Assembly: GCA_963833225.1 (NCBI GenBank)
Contig: CAWHXD010000007.1
Coordinates: 320,001 to 384,000, forward strand
Direction of reading: 5' to 3'
From: an uncultured Chloroflexia bacterium
Lineage (GTDB): Bacteria; Chloroflexota; Limnocylindria; Limnocylindrales; CSP1-4
DNA length: 64,000 nt
The position numbers and the translations under genes were made by a program. Within the stretch, counting starts at the first letter, position 1; each line of letters starts with the position of its first letter. Shown one piece after another: positions 29,403 to 39,563 of the stretch. Under the pieces are notes generated by a model that worked only from the letters and a program-made list of their open reading frames with translations, was not told the origin of the DNA and ran no database searches.

Positions 29403-30212
29403 ATGCGTCGGATCTCCATCCCCTGGCTCGCCATCTCAGCAACCTCGTTCCTCGTGTTCCTCTATTCACCGCTTGCGGTGGCGACCCTCTTTGCATTCAA
29501 CAGCGGGCCGAGCCTCCGGTGGCCACCTGAGGGGCTCTCGCTGCGTTGGTTCGAGCGGATGTTCTCCGACCAGAGGTTCCAGGACGCGCTCATCCTCAGC
29601 TTTCAGGCCGCGTTGCTTACGGCCGTCCTGGCCACGGTGATCGGGACGATGGCCTGCTTTGCCTTCACCCGGTACCGCACTCGGACGGCCGCGGGGGCCG
29701 AGGCGCTGGGGCGACTGCCTGCCCTGCTACCGCCGCTGTTCATCGGCATCGGTTTCGTGGTGCTGATGCGAATCCTCACGTTGACGCCGGGGTTCGCAAC
29801 CATCGTGGCAGGGCACACGGTCGTCGCCCTTCCTTGGGTGATCCTCGTCGTCATTGCCCGCCTGCGGACCTACGACGTCGAGCTTGAGGCCGCCGCGCGT
29901 GATCTGGGGGCCAGCCCGCGGCAAGCCTTCCTGAATGTCACCCTGCCGTTGGTCGCTCCGGCGCTCCTCGGGGCGGCGCTCCTCGGGTTCTCCTGGTCGT
30001 TCGACGAAACGCTTGTGACGGTGTTCACGTCGGGGGCCGAGACGACCGTCCCGATGTTCATCCTCGGCAAGCTGCGACGCCTTATTGACCCGTCGGGCAA
30101 CGCCGTCGCGGTGATCCTCCTCGTCATCCCGTGGCTTGCCTTTGGTCTGGCCGCGATCTTCCTCCGCCGCTCAGGCGGCATCACCGCCGTCCTTGGCCAG
30201 CGGACCCGCTAG
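29403..30212 (+). CDS. ABC permease (PotC-like)
   Basis: FLYSPL...FAFN, GLSLRWF, LEAAARDLGAS, SFDE. Confidence 0.9.
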   Translation: MRRISIPWLAISATSFLVFLYSPLAVATLFAFNSGPSLRWPPEGLSLRWFERMFSDQRFQDALILSFQAALLTAVLATVIGTMACFAFTRYRTRTAAGAEALGRLPALLPPLFIGIGFVVLMRILTLTPGFATIVAGHTVVALPWVILVVIARLRTYDVELEAAARDLGASPRQAFLNVTLPLVAPALLGAALLGFSWSFDETLVTVFTSGAETTVPMFILGKLRRLIDPSGNAVAVILLVIPWLAFGLAAIFLRRSGGITAVLGQRTR

Positions 30213-30246
30213 CCGGCAACGGCCCCAATGGAGCGATACGTCGACC

Positions 30247-31398
30247 ATGACGCTTGACCCGCTTGCGACCCCCAGCGCTCAGAGTTCGGCATCGGAAGGT
30301 TCGCAACAGGGATCCGGCGCCCTCGCGCTCCGGGGGATCACGCGACAGTTCGGGACGGTCATGGCCGTCAACGGAGTATCTCTTGACATCCCGGCCGGGT
30401 TGTTCGTGAGCCTGCTCGGTCCGTCGGGCTGCGGCAAGACGACGCTCCTCCGGATCATCGCGGGGCTGGAAACGCCTGACGCCGGGGCCGTGCTCATCGA
30501 CGACGCTGATATCACTCGTCTTCCGCCCGAGCGGCGACCATTCAACATGGTCTTCCAGCGCTATGCCCTGTTCCCCCACCTCACGGTCCACGACAACGTC
30601 GCATTCGGGCTCACCATCAACCGGCGGGAGCGACCGCCGAAGGCGGAGGTCGAGAGCCGCGTTGCGAAGATGCTCGATCTGGTGGACCTGGCGGGGTACG
30701 AGGGCCGGTATCCGGCCGAGCTGTCGGGCGGGCAGGCACAGCGTGTGGCGCTGGCGCGGGCGCTCGTCCGCCAGCCCAGGGTCCTGCTGCTCGACGAGCC
30801 GCTGGCAGCCCTCGACCGGAACGTCCGGCACCAGGTCCGGGAGGAGCTGCTGCGCATCCACGTCGAACTCGGAACGACGTTCATGTTCGTGACGCACGAC
30901 CAGGACGAGGCACTCTCGATCTCGTCTCTGGTCGCCCTCATGAACGCAGGTCGGTTCGAGCAGGTTGCCGACCCGGAGACGCTGTACCACCAACCGGCGA
31001 CGCTGTTTGCGGCCCGGTTTGTGGGTGCAGGCTCGCTGCTGGACGGCATTGCCGCTGCCCACGGCCCCGACGGCACGGTCGAGGTGGACCTGCAAGGCGT
31101 GCGCTTCGCGAGCACTGATGCGGGCGCGGAGCCCGGGCAGCCCGTAACGGTGCTGCTGCGACCCGAAGAGCTGCAGCTCGTCGAGCCCGGCACTGGACGG
31201 ATCGACGGCGTCGTCGTCACCTGCACCTTCTTTGGCTCGTACTTCGAGGTGAAGTTGCGATCGGGCCTCGGCCTCATCCGGCTCCGCGAGCGCAGCCATC
31301 ACGAGCCGGGGAGCACCGTGGGGATCAGCTGGCCGGACGACGCTGGCATCGCCTATGCGGCGACGACAAATCAGGGCCAACCGATCGAGGGTGTCTAG
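30247..31398 (+). CDS. ABC ATP-binding protein (PotA-like)
   Basis: GPSGCGKTT, VFQRYALFPH, LSGGQAQRVALARAL, VTHDQDEA, TOBE-like tail. Confidence 0.92.
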   Translation: MTLDPLATPSAQSSASEGSQQGSGALALRGITRQFGTVMAVNGVSLDIPAGLFVSLLGPSGCGKTTLLRIIAGLETPDAGAVLIDDADITRLPPERRPFNMVFQRYALFPHLTVHDNVAFGLTINRRERPPKAEVESRVAKMLDLVDLAGYEGRYPAELSGGQAQRVALARALVRQPRVLLLDEPLAALDRNVRHQVREELLRIHVELGTTFMFVTHDQDEALSISSLVALMNAGRFEQVADPETLYHQPATLFAARFVGAGSLLDGIAAAHGPDGTVEVDLQGVRFASTDAGAEPGQPVTVLLRPEELQLVEPGTGRIDGVVVTCTFFGSYFEVKLRSGLGLIRLRERSHHEPGSTVGISWPDDAGIAYAATTNQGQPIEGV

Positions 31399-31556
31399 GC
31401 GGAACGGACCTGGCCAGCAATCCGCACGCCCGTCCGGTCGGGAGACCACATTGCCTCCACGGCGTCCCGAGGCGGAATCAGACCAGGTGGCCGTTCGCAC
31501 CACTTGATGGCGTGTTGAGCCCAGCCGCTCGACGGCTGGCGAAGGAGAAGGCAGAC

Positions 31557-32843
31557 ATGACAAAGAGCGCGACAGTGCGCGACCCTCGTCCGCGCTACCC
31601 GCTGGCAGTCGGCCCGACAGGCCGGTACCTCGTCGATGCGGATGGAACGCCGTTTCTTGTCCACGGCGATACCGCATGGTCGGTCATCGTCGCGACGACG
31701 AAGGAAGAGGCAGAGCGCTACCTGGAGGACCGTCGTCGCAAGGGAGTGAGCGCAATCATCGTCAATCTCATCGAGCGCTGCTTCGCCCAGGACCCGCCGC
31801 GGAATGTGTACGGGGATGAGCCCTTCACGACGCCCGGCGACTTCTCAACCCCCAACGAGACGTACTTCGACCACGTTGACTGGATCCTCACCAAGGCGGC
31901 CGAGAAGGGTCTCCTCGTCATGCTCGCGCCGGCATACCTCGGGTACCGCGATCCGCATTGGGAGGGATATCACAACGCGCCGGAAGGCTGGTACGCGGAA
32001 GTCCTTGATAACGGCGTCGAGAAGTGCCGCGAATACGGCCGCTATCTCGGGCGCCGGTATGGCGGCTTCGACAACATCGTGTGGGTCATGTCAGGCGATC
32101 GCTGCCCTGGCGCCGCGCTCGAGCACATGCGCGCCATGGTCGACGGCATTCGCTCCGAGGACGCACCCCATCGCCTGTTCACTGCTCACGTCCACCCGGA
32201 GTGTCGTGCCCTCGAGGAGTACCCGGATGATCCGTGGCTGACGGTCAGCCAGACCTACACCTATGCCATCGTCCACCGCAAGCTCCTGGTGGACTACAAC
32301 CAGAAGCCGGCACGTCCGAACGTCCTGTTTGAGTCGACCTACGAAAACGACTGGAACTCGTCCGCCCTCCAGATCCGACGACAGGCGTACTGGGCTCTCC
32401 TCTGCGGCGGTTGCGGGCAGTTCTTCGGGAACACCCCGCTGTGGAACTTCGCGGCAGGGTGGCAGGAGCAGCTCGAGTCGCCAGGCTCGATCGCGATGAC
32501 GCACGTGAGAGCGCTGTTCGCCTCCCGACGCTGGTGGGACCTGGTGCCCGATCAGGAGCACGCCCTCGTCAGCGATGGGATCGGTGAGTTCAATGGCCTC
32601 GACTTCTGTGCGGCCGCGATGACTCCTGACGGAACGCTCGCGATGGCTTACGTGCCCACGCCGAGAACGATCACCGTGGACATGACGGCACTCGCCACAG
32701 GCCGGGTTGCAGCCAGATGGTTCAACCCTGTCTCCGGGGCGTACGTGTCAGGCGGGACGTACCGGACGACCGGCAAGTGGCCCTTCACCCCGCCTTGGGA
32801 TCATGACGCTGTGCTCGTGCTCGAGACGGAGCCGGCCGTCTGA
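31557..32843 (+). CDS. DUF4038 / GH140 (apiosidase-like) glycoside hydrolase with C-terminal beta domain; no signal peptide
   Basis: RYLVDADGTPF..HGDTAW, YLEDRRRKG, YGRYLGRRY...NIVW..SGD, ES.YE, RRQAYW, WW.LVPD, ARWFNP. Confidence 0.8.
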   Translation: MTKSATVRDPRPRYPLAVGPTGRYLVDADGTPFLVHGDTAWSVIVATTKEEAERYLEDRRRKGVSAIIVNLIERCFAQDPPRNVYGDEPFTTPGDFSTPNETYFDHVDWILTKAAEKGLLVMLAPAYLGYRDPHWEGYHNAPEGWYAEVLDNGVEKCREYGRYLGRRYGGFDNIVWVMSGDRCPGAALEHMRAMVDGIRSEDAPHRLFTAHVHPECRALEEYPDDPWLTVSQTYTYAIVHRKLLVDYNQKPARPNVLFESTYENDWNSSALQIRRQAYWALLCGGCGQFFGNTPLWNFAAGWQEQLESPGSIAMTHVRALFASRRWWDLVPDQEHALVSDGIGEFNGLDFCAAAMTPDGTLAMAYVPTPRTITVDMTALATGRVAARWFNPVSGAYVSGGTYRTTGKWPFTPPWDHDAVLVLETEPAV

Positions 32844-33029
32844 GGTTGCCGGTGCGCTACCGGTGGTCTCGAGAGGCTCGCCCGGCGAACGGTCACGGTG
32901 CTCGCCCTGCCACCAACCGGGGCGGCCCGGATCGGCCAGGCTCCTGGAGCTACGGCGACCCGCAGGCAGGCCATCTGGTCTGAGGCCCTTCCGACCTGCG
33001 ATGTTGGGCGTTGGCCTCCGGCGGCCCGC

Positions 33030-34115
33030 CTATGCGTCGCGGTATCGCGACGAGAAGAGCCTGCGGGGGTTCTCAACCAGGATCGTGTTGATCTGGTCCT
33101 CGGTGACGCCCTGCTCCCGGAGCCGTGGCAGGAATTCGCGGAGGAGGTAGCCAAAACCACCTCCCCCGTACGCCTTGAGCATGATCTTCATGTGGAGGTC
33201 CATCGAAAGCAGGACATTGTTGATGAAGCCGGCATCGATGAGCCGCTTGACGTCAGTGGCGATCTCGGAATCGCACAGGCCGATCCCCCGGACGCCCCAG
33301 TTGAAGTCCGAGCTGATCGTGTCGTAGCCAAGGAATGCGCCGCGGCGCGCGATTTCGAGCTGGTCGTCGAAATCGATTGGGCGGATGGTCACATGATCGA
33401 TGATCGTGTGCCGGATATCTGCCCCCTCCTCCTCGACGATGTCGAGGATCCGTTGCCGGGTGCCCGCCGGTGACACGCCAAGCGTATGGATGCTGAGCGG
33501 AACGCGAGTACGGCTCGATGCCCTGCACGATGCGCGCAGGTTCTTCTGCTCCGCGGCACTGAAGTCCTTGTCGATGCCGATCTCGCCGATGATGCCCGCG
33601 CGCACCCCGGTGCCGGGGATGCCCTCCGTGAGGTCGCCCACGACTTCGTCGGCAATGTCATCTGCCGACATGGCCTCGAGCTTCGGTGGGTGTGAGAGCC
33701 CAATGTAGTATCCGGCGCCCACGACGATGGGGACGCCCGATTGGCGACTGATCTGCTGTACCCCCCGCGCGTCGCGCCCGAGGCCATTGAGCGTCTGATC
33801 GACGACCGTACCCCCGCCCCACATCACGTAGTCACGAAGTTCAGCCGAGACGAGCGCGACATCGTTGACGCGCTGATTGTCACGGTTCGACTGGGGAAGG
33901 GCGCGCACCTCGCCGAGGATATCCATCGTCAGAGGCCGATTGAAGAGGTGTGCCCGCGACACCTCCTTCGGCTCCGGGCCGTTGACCCCGGAGTCGATGA
34001 GAACGTGCTCGTGCACGAGGGTGATGCCGAGGTCCTCCACCGGGATCGGACCGGTCACGGTCATCACGGTGCCACTATCCACGCCGATGCCGGGGTAGCT
34101 TGGTTTCTGGTTCAC
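33030..34115 (-). CDS. Phosphotriesterase-related (PHP-type) metallo-lactonase
   Basis: GITLVHEH, GIIGEIG, IHT, DH, LLSMD, ILVENPRR. Confidence 0.9.
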   Translation of the reverse strand: MNQKPSYPGIGVDSGTVMTVTGPIPVEDLGITLVHEHVLIDSGVNGPEPKEVSRAHLFNRPLTMDILGEVRALPQSNRDNQRVNDVALVSAELRDYVMWGGGTVVDQTLNGLGRDARGVQQISRQSGVPIVVGAGYYIGLSHPPKLEAMSADDIADEVVGDLTEGIPGTGVRAGIIGEIGIDKDFSAAEQKNLRASCRASSRTRVPLSIHTLGVSPAGTRQRILDIVEEEGADIRHTIIDHVTIRPIDFDDQLEIARRGAFLGYDTISSDFNWGVRGIGLCDSEIATDVKRLIDAGFINNVLLSMDLHMKIMLKAYGGGGFGYLLREFLPRLREQGVTEDQINTILVENPRRLFSSRYRDA

Positions 34116-34178
34116 TGGTGACCTCCCTGGTAGTCGCCCTGGCGATCGTCGATGCCAAACCTCCCCTCGCCAAACCGG

Positions 34179-34198
34179 TTGGCCGACCGGTTGACCAA
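34179..34198. promoter_or_regulatory. Island operator type A (TTGGCCGACCGGTTGACCAA), with an extra ACCGGT unit at 34174-34179
   Basis: Directly downstream of a minus-strand TTGACC-N18-CAAGAT promoter (34231-34202). Confidence 0.75.
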
Positions 34199-34477
34199 TC
34201 TATCTTGCTCCTTGCTCGGCAAGTCGGTCAACGGCAGGTTGGCGCTCGGCGGACTCCCGTCGCAACGGACCATCGGGCCAGATCGATTTGCATCAGCCCC
34301 CGGCTGGCTCAGGGTGCATCCGCACCTTCCGTCAGGGCGGCGACACCGCGGGCGGAGAGGTGTGCGCCTTCGGCCACAGCCCAGCCTCCGAGGGGGTAGC
34401 CAGAACCGCGATCCATGAGCCACGGCCCTGTCGCGGTTCGGAGGCGAGCGCCTCGCCGAGCCACCTGTGGCACGACA

Positions 34478-35401
34478 TCATCGTCCCAGACCTTCCTCCA
34501 TCAGCGGCTCGAGCCAGTCTGGGATCTCGCGACCACCGACCCTGACGAACAGCGACTCGTACCCGGGCAGGCCCGACAACATCGACCCGACCTGGCCCGA
34601 CGACATGGATCCCCGGTCGTGCTCGGCCTGGATGAGCAGCGGCAGCAGCCGCACGTCGCCGGCGGTGCAGATGCCGGTGACCTCGGGCCGGGCGAGCACG
34701 AATGCCACGGCAGCGGTCACGTATGCCTGCTCGTCCATCGGCTCATACCAGGTCGCGTAGGTGGCGCCCTCGGATGTCTTCCAGAGGTTCCGAGCGATGG
34801 TCTTGATCACGCGCAGGCCCACGTCCTGTGCCGTGATCTCCTCCAGCAGGGCGTCAACGTCGTGCTGGTACCGCGCATCCTGCGCGAGGCGGTAGTTCCA
34901 GGGCGTGATGACCGAGTCGAACGGGAACCTCCGCAGGGCTTCGAGATGCGTGGCGGGCGCAGCCATCCCGTGCCCGGTGATGCCGATCCCGCCGACGAGT
35001 CCCTCCTCCCGTGCCTTCACGGCACCCTCGATCGCCCCTCCCGACCGTGTGGCCCTGTCCAGGTCCTCGAGATCGCCGACAGCGTGGAGCTGGATCAGGT
35101 CCACGTGGCTCACCCGAAGGCGCTCGAGCGAGCGACGGATGCTGTCGTAGGCGCCGCTCGACGTCCGGTCGCCGGTCTTGGTCGCGAGGAAGATGCGGTC
35201 CCGGATCCGGCCCATCCAGCGCCCCAGGTGGAGCTCCGAGTCGCCATAGTCCGCGGCGGTGTCGAAGTGGTTGATCCCGGCTTCCAGGGCGAGCTCGATG
35301 GAGCGATCCGCGACCTCGTCGGGTACGTCAGCCAGCCCCGCCCCGCCGTAGACGAGTACCGAGGTCAGGTGGCCGAGGCGTCCGAAGCGGCGTGTCTCCA
35401 T
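34478..35401 (-). CDS. Aldo/keto reductase
   Basis: GINHFDTAADYGDSE, FLATKT, SLERL...VDLIQLH, GITGH. Confidence 0.92.
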   Translation of the reverse strand: METRRFGRLGHLTSVLVYGGAGLADVPDEVADRSIELALEAGINHFDTAADYGDSELHLGRWMGRIRDRIFLATKTGDRTSSGAYDSIRRSLERLRVSHVDLIQLHAVGDLEDLDRATRSGGAIEGAVKAREEGLVGGIGITGHGMAAPATHLEALRRFPFDSVITPWNYRLAQDARYQHDVDALLEEITAQDVGLRVIKTIARNLWKTSEGATYATWYEPMDEQAYVTAAVAFVLARPEVTGICTAGDVRLLPLLIQAEHDRGSMSSGQVGSMLSGLPGYESLFVRVGGREIPDWLEPLMEEGLGR

Positions 35402-35705
35402 CGTCATCTCTCCTGCGGCGGCGAGGTGGCTCGCTCGTTTGCCGGCCCGCACCAGAGCCCGGATAGGTTCGGTGCTCGATGTCGATCACCCGGCCACGCG
35501 AGCGCGTCGAGGATCATCCGTGCCTCCACAGCCCTGCCAGCCGGAACACCAGGCAGCCTCGGCAGATGCTACCAGCGCACGTCTTCGGGTCGGAGGACGC
35601 AGGTTCTCGAGGCGGTGCTCCGCCGCCGGCCGCTCACGCGCCCTGATCCGGACTCGCCCGCCTGATCACGAGAGCGGCCACCCGAGCCGGCAAGCGGACC
35701 CGAGC

Positions 35706-37143
35706 CTAGTCCGTGTAGCGGCGTCGCGGGATACGCACCGGGGACGACGCGGGAGTCTCGGAGAGCGACGCGCCCGATGATGAACCCCGGCGTTTCGCGA
35801 CCGTCGCGTCGTCACCGTCGCCCGGCGGCGACGCCTCCTGGCCCTCCGGGGGGATCGGCCGGTCGGTCATGAAGCGGACACAGTTGCGGCCGTGCCGCTT
35901 TGCGGCGTACAGGGCCTCGTCGGTCTGGGCGATCCAGGCGTCCGTCGACAGGTCGAGGTTGAACGGGCCGATCAGGCTGGCCCCGATGCTGACCGACACG
36001 AGCCCCCACGGTTGATTGTCCGGGTGCTCGATCCCCAGGCCGGTGACCACAACCTGCAGCCGCGCAGCGGCTCGCAGCAGGGCCTCACGGGTCGGCACGG
36101 ACATGATCGCGAGGAACTCCTCGCCGCCATAGCGGTAGACGCCGTCGTCAGCCCGGACCGAGCCCTCGATGGCCTCGACCACCTGTCGCAGGACCTCGTC
36201 GCCGGCGAGGTGGCCCCGCCGGTCGTTCACCTCCTTGAAGTGGTCCAGGTCGATCATGAGGAGGCCGTAACGCATGCCAGATCGGTCGATGTGGGCGCGG
36301 ACGGCCCGGAGGTCCTCGTCGAGCCGGCGGCGGTTGCGGGCGCCGGTCAGGGCGTCGGTGCGAGCCGTGAGCTCCAGGGCGTGGTGCGCTCGCCCCAGCT
36401 CGACCATCTCCATGTCGGCCAGCCGTCCGCAACGACCGGATCCGGTCGAGCTGCGCGAAGTTCAGGATCTGGGCTGCCTGGAGGAGCACGTGGCCGGCGA
36501 CGCTCGCCCCGAGCGCGACGAACAGGACGACCACGAGGGCGCCCTCCTCGGCGGCGGAGAAGCGCCCCCCGGGGTCGATGGCGAGGCCGATCGTCGCGAT
36601 CACGGCGTAGACGACGAGCCAGCGCAGATGGACCTGCGTGCGCCACGGCATGATGAGCGCCACGAGACCGGGAAGAACGAGCAGGTAGGCGACCGACTGG
36701 ATCGACAGGCTGGGCGTCGCGATCTCTGTCAGGACCGTCGATAACGCGACGCCGATCATGATCGTCCAGGCGACGAGCTCGGGGCGCCGGGCGAGCGGCC
36801 CGCCGACCGCCCACCATCCGGCGACGGCGGCGACAATCACCGCCACGTCGAGGCCGATCGAGATCAGGACGTGATCACCCTGGAGGCCGGTCATGGCGAG
36901 GGCGTCGAAGGCCTCGGCCACCGCGACCACAAGGAATCCGATCCGGCTCGCCAATCTCGTCCGGCGCCGCTGGACCGCCCGGAACCGCCTGCCTCGTCCG
37001 ACCACGACATAGTCGGACCGGTGGACCCGGCCCACCGCCTCGTCGACGTCGCGGCGAAGCCGCCGGAGCCTCTCCCTCCCGAACCTCGGCTTCTCGACCA
37101 CGCTCGGCGGGTCGAACACCGGCAATGCCGCTGGTCCCTGCAT
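35706..37143 (-). CDS. Membrane-bound diguanylate cyclase, frameshifted near 36428
   Basis: Multi-TM N-terminus joined by a 1-nt shift to TDALTG..NRR, DLDHFKEVND, RADD I-site, YRYGGEEF. Confidence 0.8.
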
Positions 37144-37220
37144 CCAGTCATCCTGCTGTGTCACACCCTGACCGCAAGGACCCAGACGTACGCCCACGGT
37201 CCGTGGGGCTGCGGGGGACG

Positions 37221-38993
37221 TCAGGACCCAGCGACCACGATCCGCGCGTAGTAGGGGACCTGGAACCGGTCGCCATTGCGCTCACCGCTGACCCACAGCC
37301 GCACGCCCCAGTCGCCCGGTGGCGGCACGTCCATCACGAACGGCTCGTCGTTCACGGCCCTGACTTCCCACTGCTCCGACTCGGGCGCGCGCCCGGTCGC
37401 GAGGATGTCCTCGTTGCGGGCGATCTCCACCGCGATCTCGGTGATCGTCCAGCCGCCGCCAAGGTGGAGGGTGACCCAGGTGCCGGCATGCTGCCAGAGT
37501 GCCGCGCCCATCGGCTGCCAGGACGGGCCGCACGACTCGCTGAATCCGCCGTAGCCCTTGGGCTGCCAGGACCAGCCGCACCCGGGGAAGGCCGTGAGCG
37601 TCGCGATGTCACCCGCTGTCTGGTCCGGGCCTGACAGCCGGAGCGCCGGTGGCCGCCACGCGCCGGGCCGGGCGGCCTCCGAGTCGACGGCGCCGACGCG
37701 GACGGCGAATGCCGCGGTGCCCGTCGCGCTCGCGCGCACGAGCAGCTGGTTGTCGAGGTCCGGCGTGAACTCCTCGATCCCGATGGTGCCGCAGGCATAG
37801 GACGCGGCGACCCCGTCGATCTCGATCTCGAGGGTGCCCTCCCCGGCGCACGGGGAGGTGAGGTAGAGCACATCCGTGCCCGCCGGGATCGTCGCGGTCC
37901 GCTCCATCACCGGATCGCCCGCATGCACGTCCATCCGGACCAGCCGGGTCTCGCCGGGCTGGAGGTGGCCCACGGGCGGGGCGCTGGCGACATCCTGCTG
38001 GCGCAGGAGGCCGAAGACCACCACCCGCCAGGTGACGGGTCCGGTCGTGCGGACGAGGACGCGTACCGGGCCGCCGGACGGCACCGCGTCGCTGATCTGG
38101 TGGGGCGTGTCCCGACAGGGTCCCCCCGCGCTGAACTGCAGGTTCTCGCCCTCGTACACGTCGACGGTGAGGGCGCCGTCCGTGCAGCTGACGAAGAAGT
38201 CGAGGTGGTCATAGGCCGAGAATTCGGCCATCGTCGTCTCGGTGTCGCCGGCGCCCGGCACGGGCGCGGTCTGCTCCGCCTCGCCGAGGATTCCCGAGCC
38301 GATCGCGATGTTGTCGGCGCCCATCGCCTCCAGCTCCGCGTACGAGGCGAGCTCGAACGGCGTCGGGGAGGGCAGGGCTGATGCTTCGGTCGCCCCCTGG
38401 TCTCCGGCGACGAGGCGCCATCGGACGGATGGCAGCGAGGTCACGAACAGGTCGCCCACGACGCCGATGCCCATGACGAACGGTCCGTCGCCGCAGTCGT
38501 GGTCGAGCGACGTGATGCCGGGTTCAGCCGGCTTGATGCCGACGGTGATCGAGCCACCGATGCAGTCGGCCACCACGGTCGCGCCGTGGATGGGTCCCAG
38601 CGTGGCGGTCCAGGGCAGCTCGCCGCCGTGCACTGATGGCTGTTCGCCGCGCAGGGCGGTCGGCACCTGGTCCGTGGGTCCATGGGCGGCGAGGATCGCC
38701 TCGAGTTCGGGATAGGACGTCAACGGCCTGTCCGCCGGTGTGGTGCTGGCCGGCGTGGCGGCGACATCGCCCTCTGGTCTGACCGACGAGAGGATGGCCG
38801 CGCCCCCGAGCACGACGATCACGGACGCCGCGACAGCGACGAGCGCAATCCACCGAGACCGGCGCGCCAACCGGCGGTTCGCCGCTGATCGCTTGAGCTC
38901 CGCTGCCCGGGGGGTGAACGGCAGCGCGTCGGCCTCGCCTTGAAGGGCGGCGCGAAGACGGGCCTCGAGGATGGGATCGAGCTCGTCAGCCAT
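37221..38993 (-). CDS. Single-TM protein with large extracytoplasmic repeats; putative anti-sigma factor
   Basis: MADELDPILEARLRAAL, TM helix, repeated modules with paired Cys; overlaps the ECF sigma stop. Confidence 0.6.
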   Translation of the reverse strand: MADELDPILEARLRAALQGEADALPFTPRAAELKRSAANRRLARRSRWIALVAVAASVIVVLGGAAILSSVRPEGDVAATPASTTPADRPLTSYPELEAILAAHGPTDQVPTALRGEQPSVHGGELPWTATLGPIHGATVVADCIGGSITVGIKPAEPGITSLDHDCGDGPFVMGIGVVGDLFVTSLPSVRWRLVAGDQGATEASALPSPTPFELASYAELEAMGADNIAIGSGILGEAEQTAPVPGAGDTETTMAEFSAYDHLDFFVSCTDGALTVDVYEGENLQFSAGGPCRDTPHQISDAVPSGGPVRVLVRTTGPVTWRVVVFGLLRQQDVASAPPVGHLQPGETRLVRMDVHAGDPVMERTATIPAGTDVLYLTSPCAGEGTLEIEIDGVAASYACGTIGIEEFTPDLDNQLLVRASATGTAAFAVRVGAVDSEAARPGAWRPPALRLSGPDQTAGDIATLTAFPGCGWSWQPKGYGGFSESCGPSWQPMGAALWQHAGTWVTLHLGGGWTITEIAVEIARNEDILATGRAPESEQWEVRAVNDEPFVMDVPPPGDWGVRLWVSGERNGDRFQVPYYARIVVAGS

Positions 38994-39563
38994 GGGAGGC
39001 CTCCCGCATCGCGCCGTCGTCGCCGAGCCACCGGCGGATGTGCTCCAGCGCCTCGCGGAGCTGGGTCTTGACCGTGTTCTCACTGGTGCCGAGCACGTCG
39101 GCGACGTCACGCACCGGGAGATCCGCGTAGTACCGCAGGACGACGGCGGCACGCATCCGCGGCGCCAGCCGGTCCACGCACGCCAGCAGCACCATCCGAT
39201 CGTCGTCGTTGCCGGGACGGGCGCTCCGCTCGGGCAGGACCTGGAGCTGGACGACCCTCGCCGACGATCGCCGCACCGCCAGCGCCCGGTTGGTCGCGAT
39301 TCGCATCAGCCACGGCCGAAGCCGCTCCGGATCTCGGAGCTGGTTGCCGCGCTCCAGTGCGGTGAGCAGCGTGTCCACCAGCACGTCCTCCGCCCCATCG
39401 CGGTCCCGGAGGATCAGCCAGGCAACGCCCTGGATCTCGCGGCCGTACCGGTCGAGGAGGACGTCGAGGACCTCCGGCCGGTGGCCCCGCAGGGCTTCAA
39501 TGGTCACGTCTGGTGCATCCCCCAGGTTGCGAGGTCGCGGCCTTGGGTGGCGGCGTCAAGCAT
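38986..39563 (-). CDS. ECF RNA polymerase sigma-70 factor (start is GTG 39507, or ATG 39563 if the G5 run near 39520 lost a base)
   Basis: AEDVLVDT, LRPWLMRIATN, RAAVVLRYYADL..RDVADVLG.SENTVK. Confidence 0.88.
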
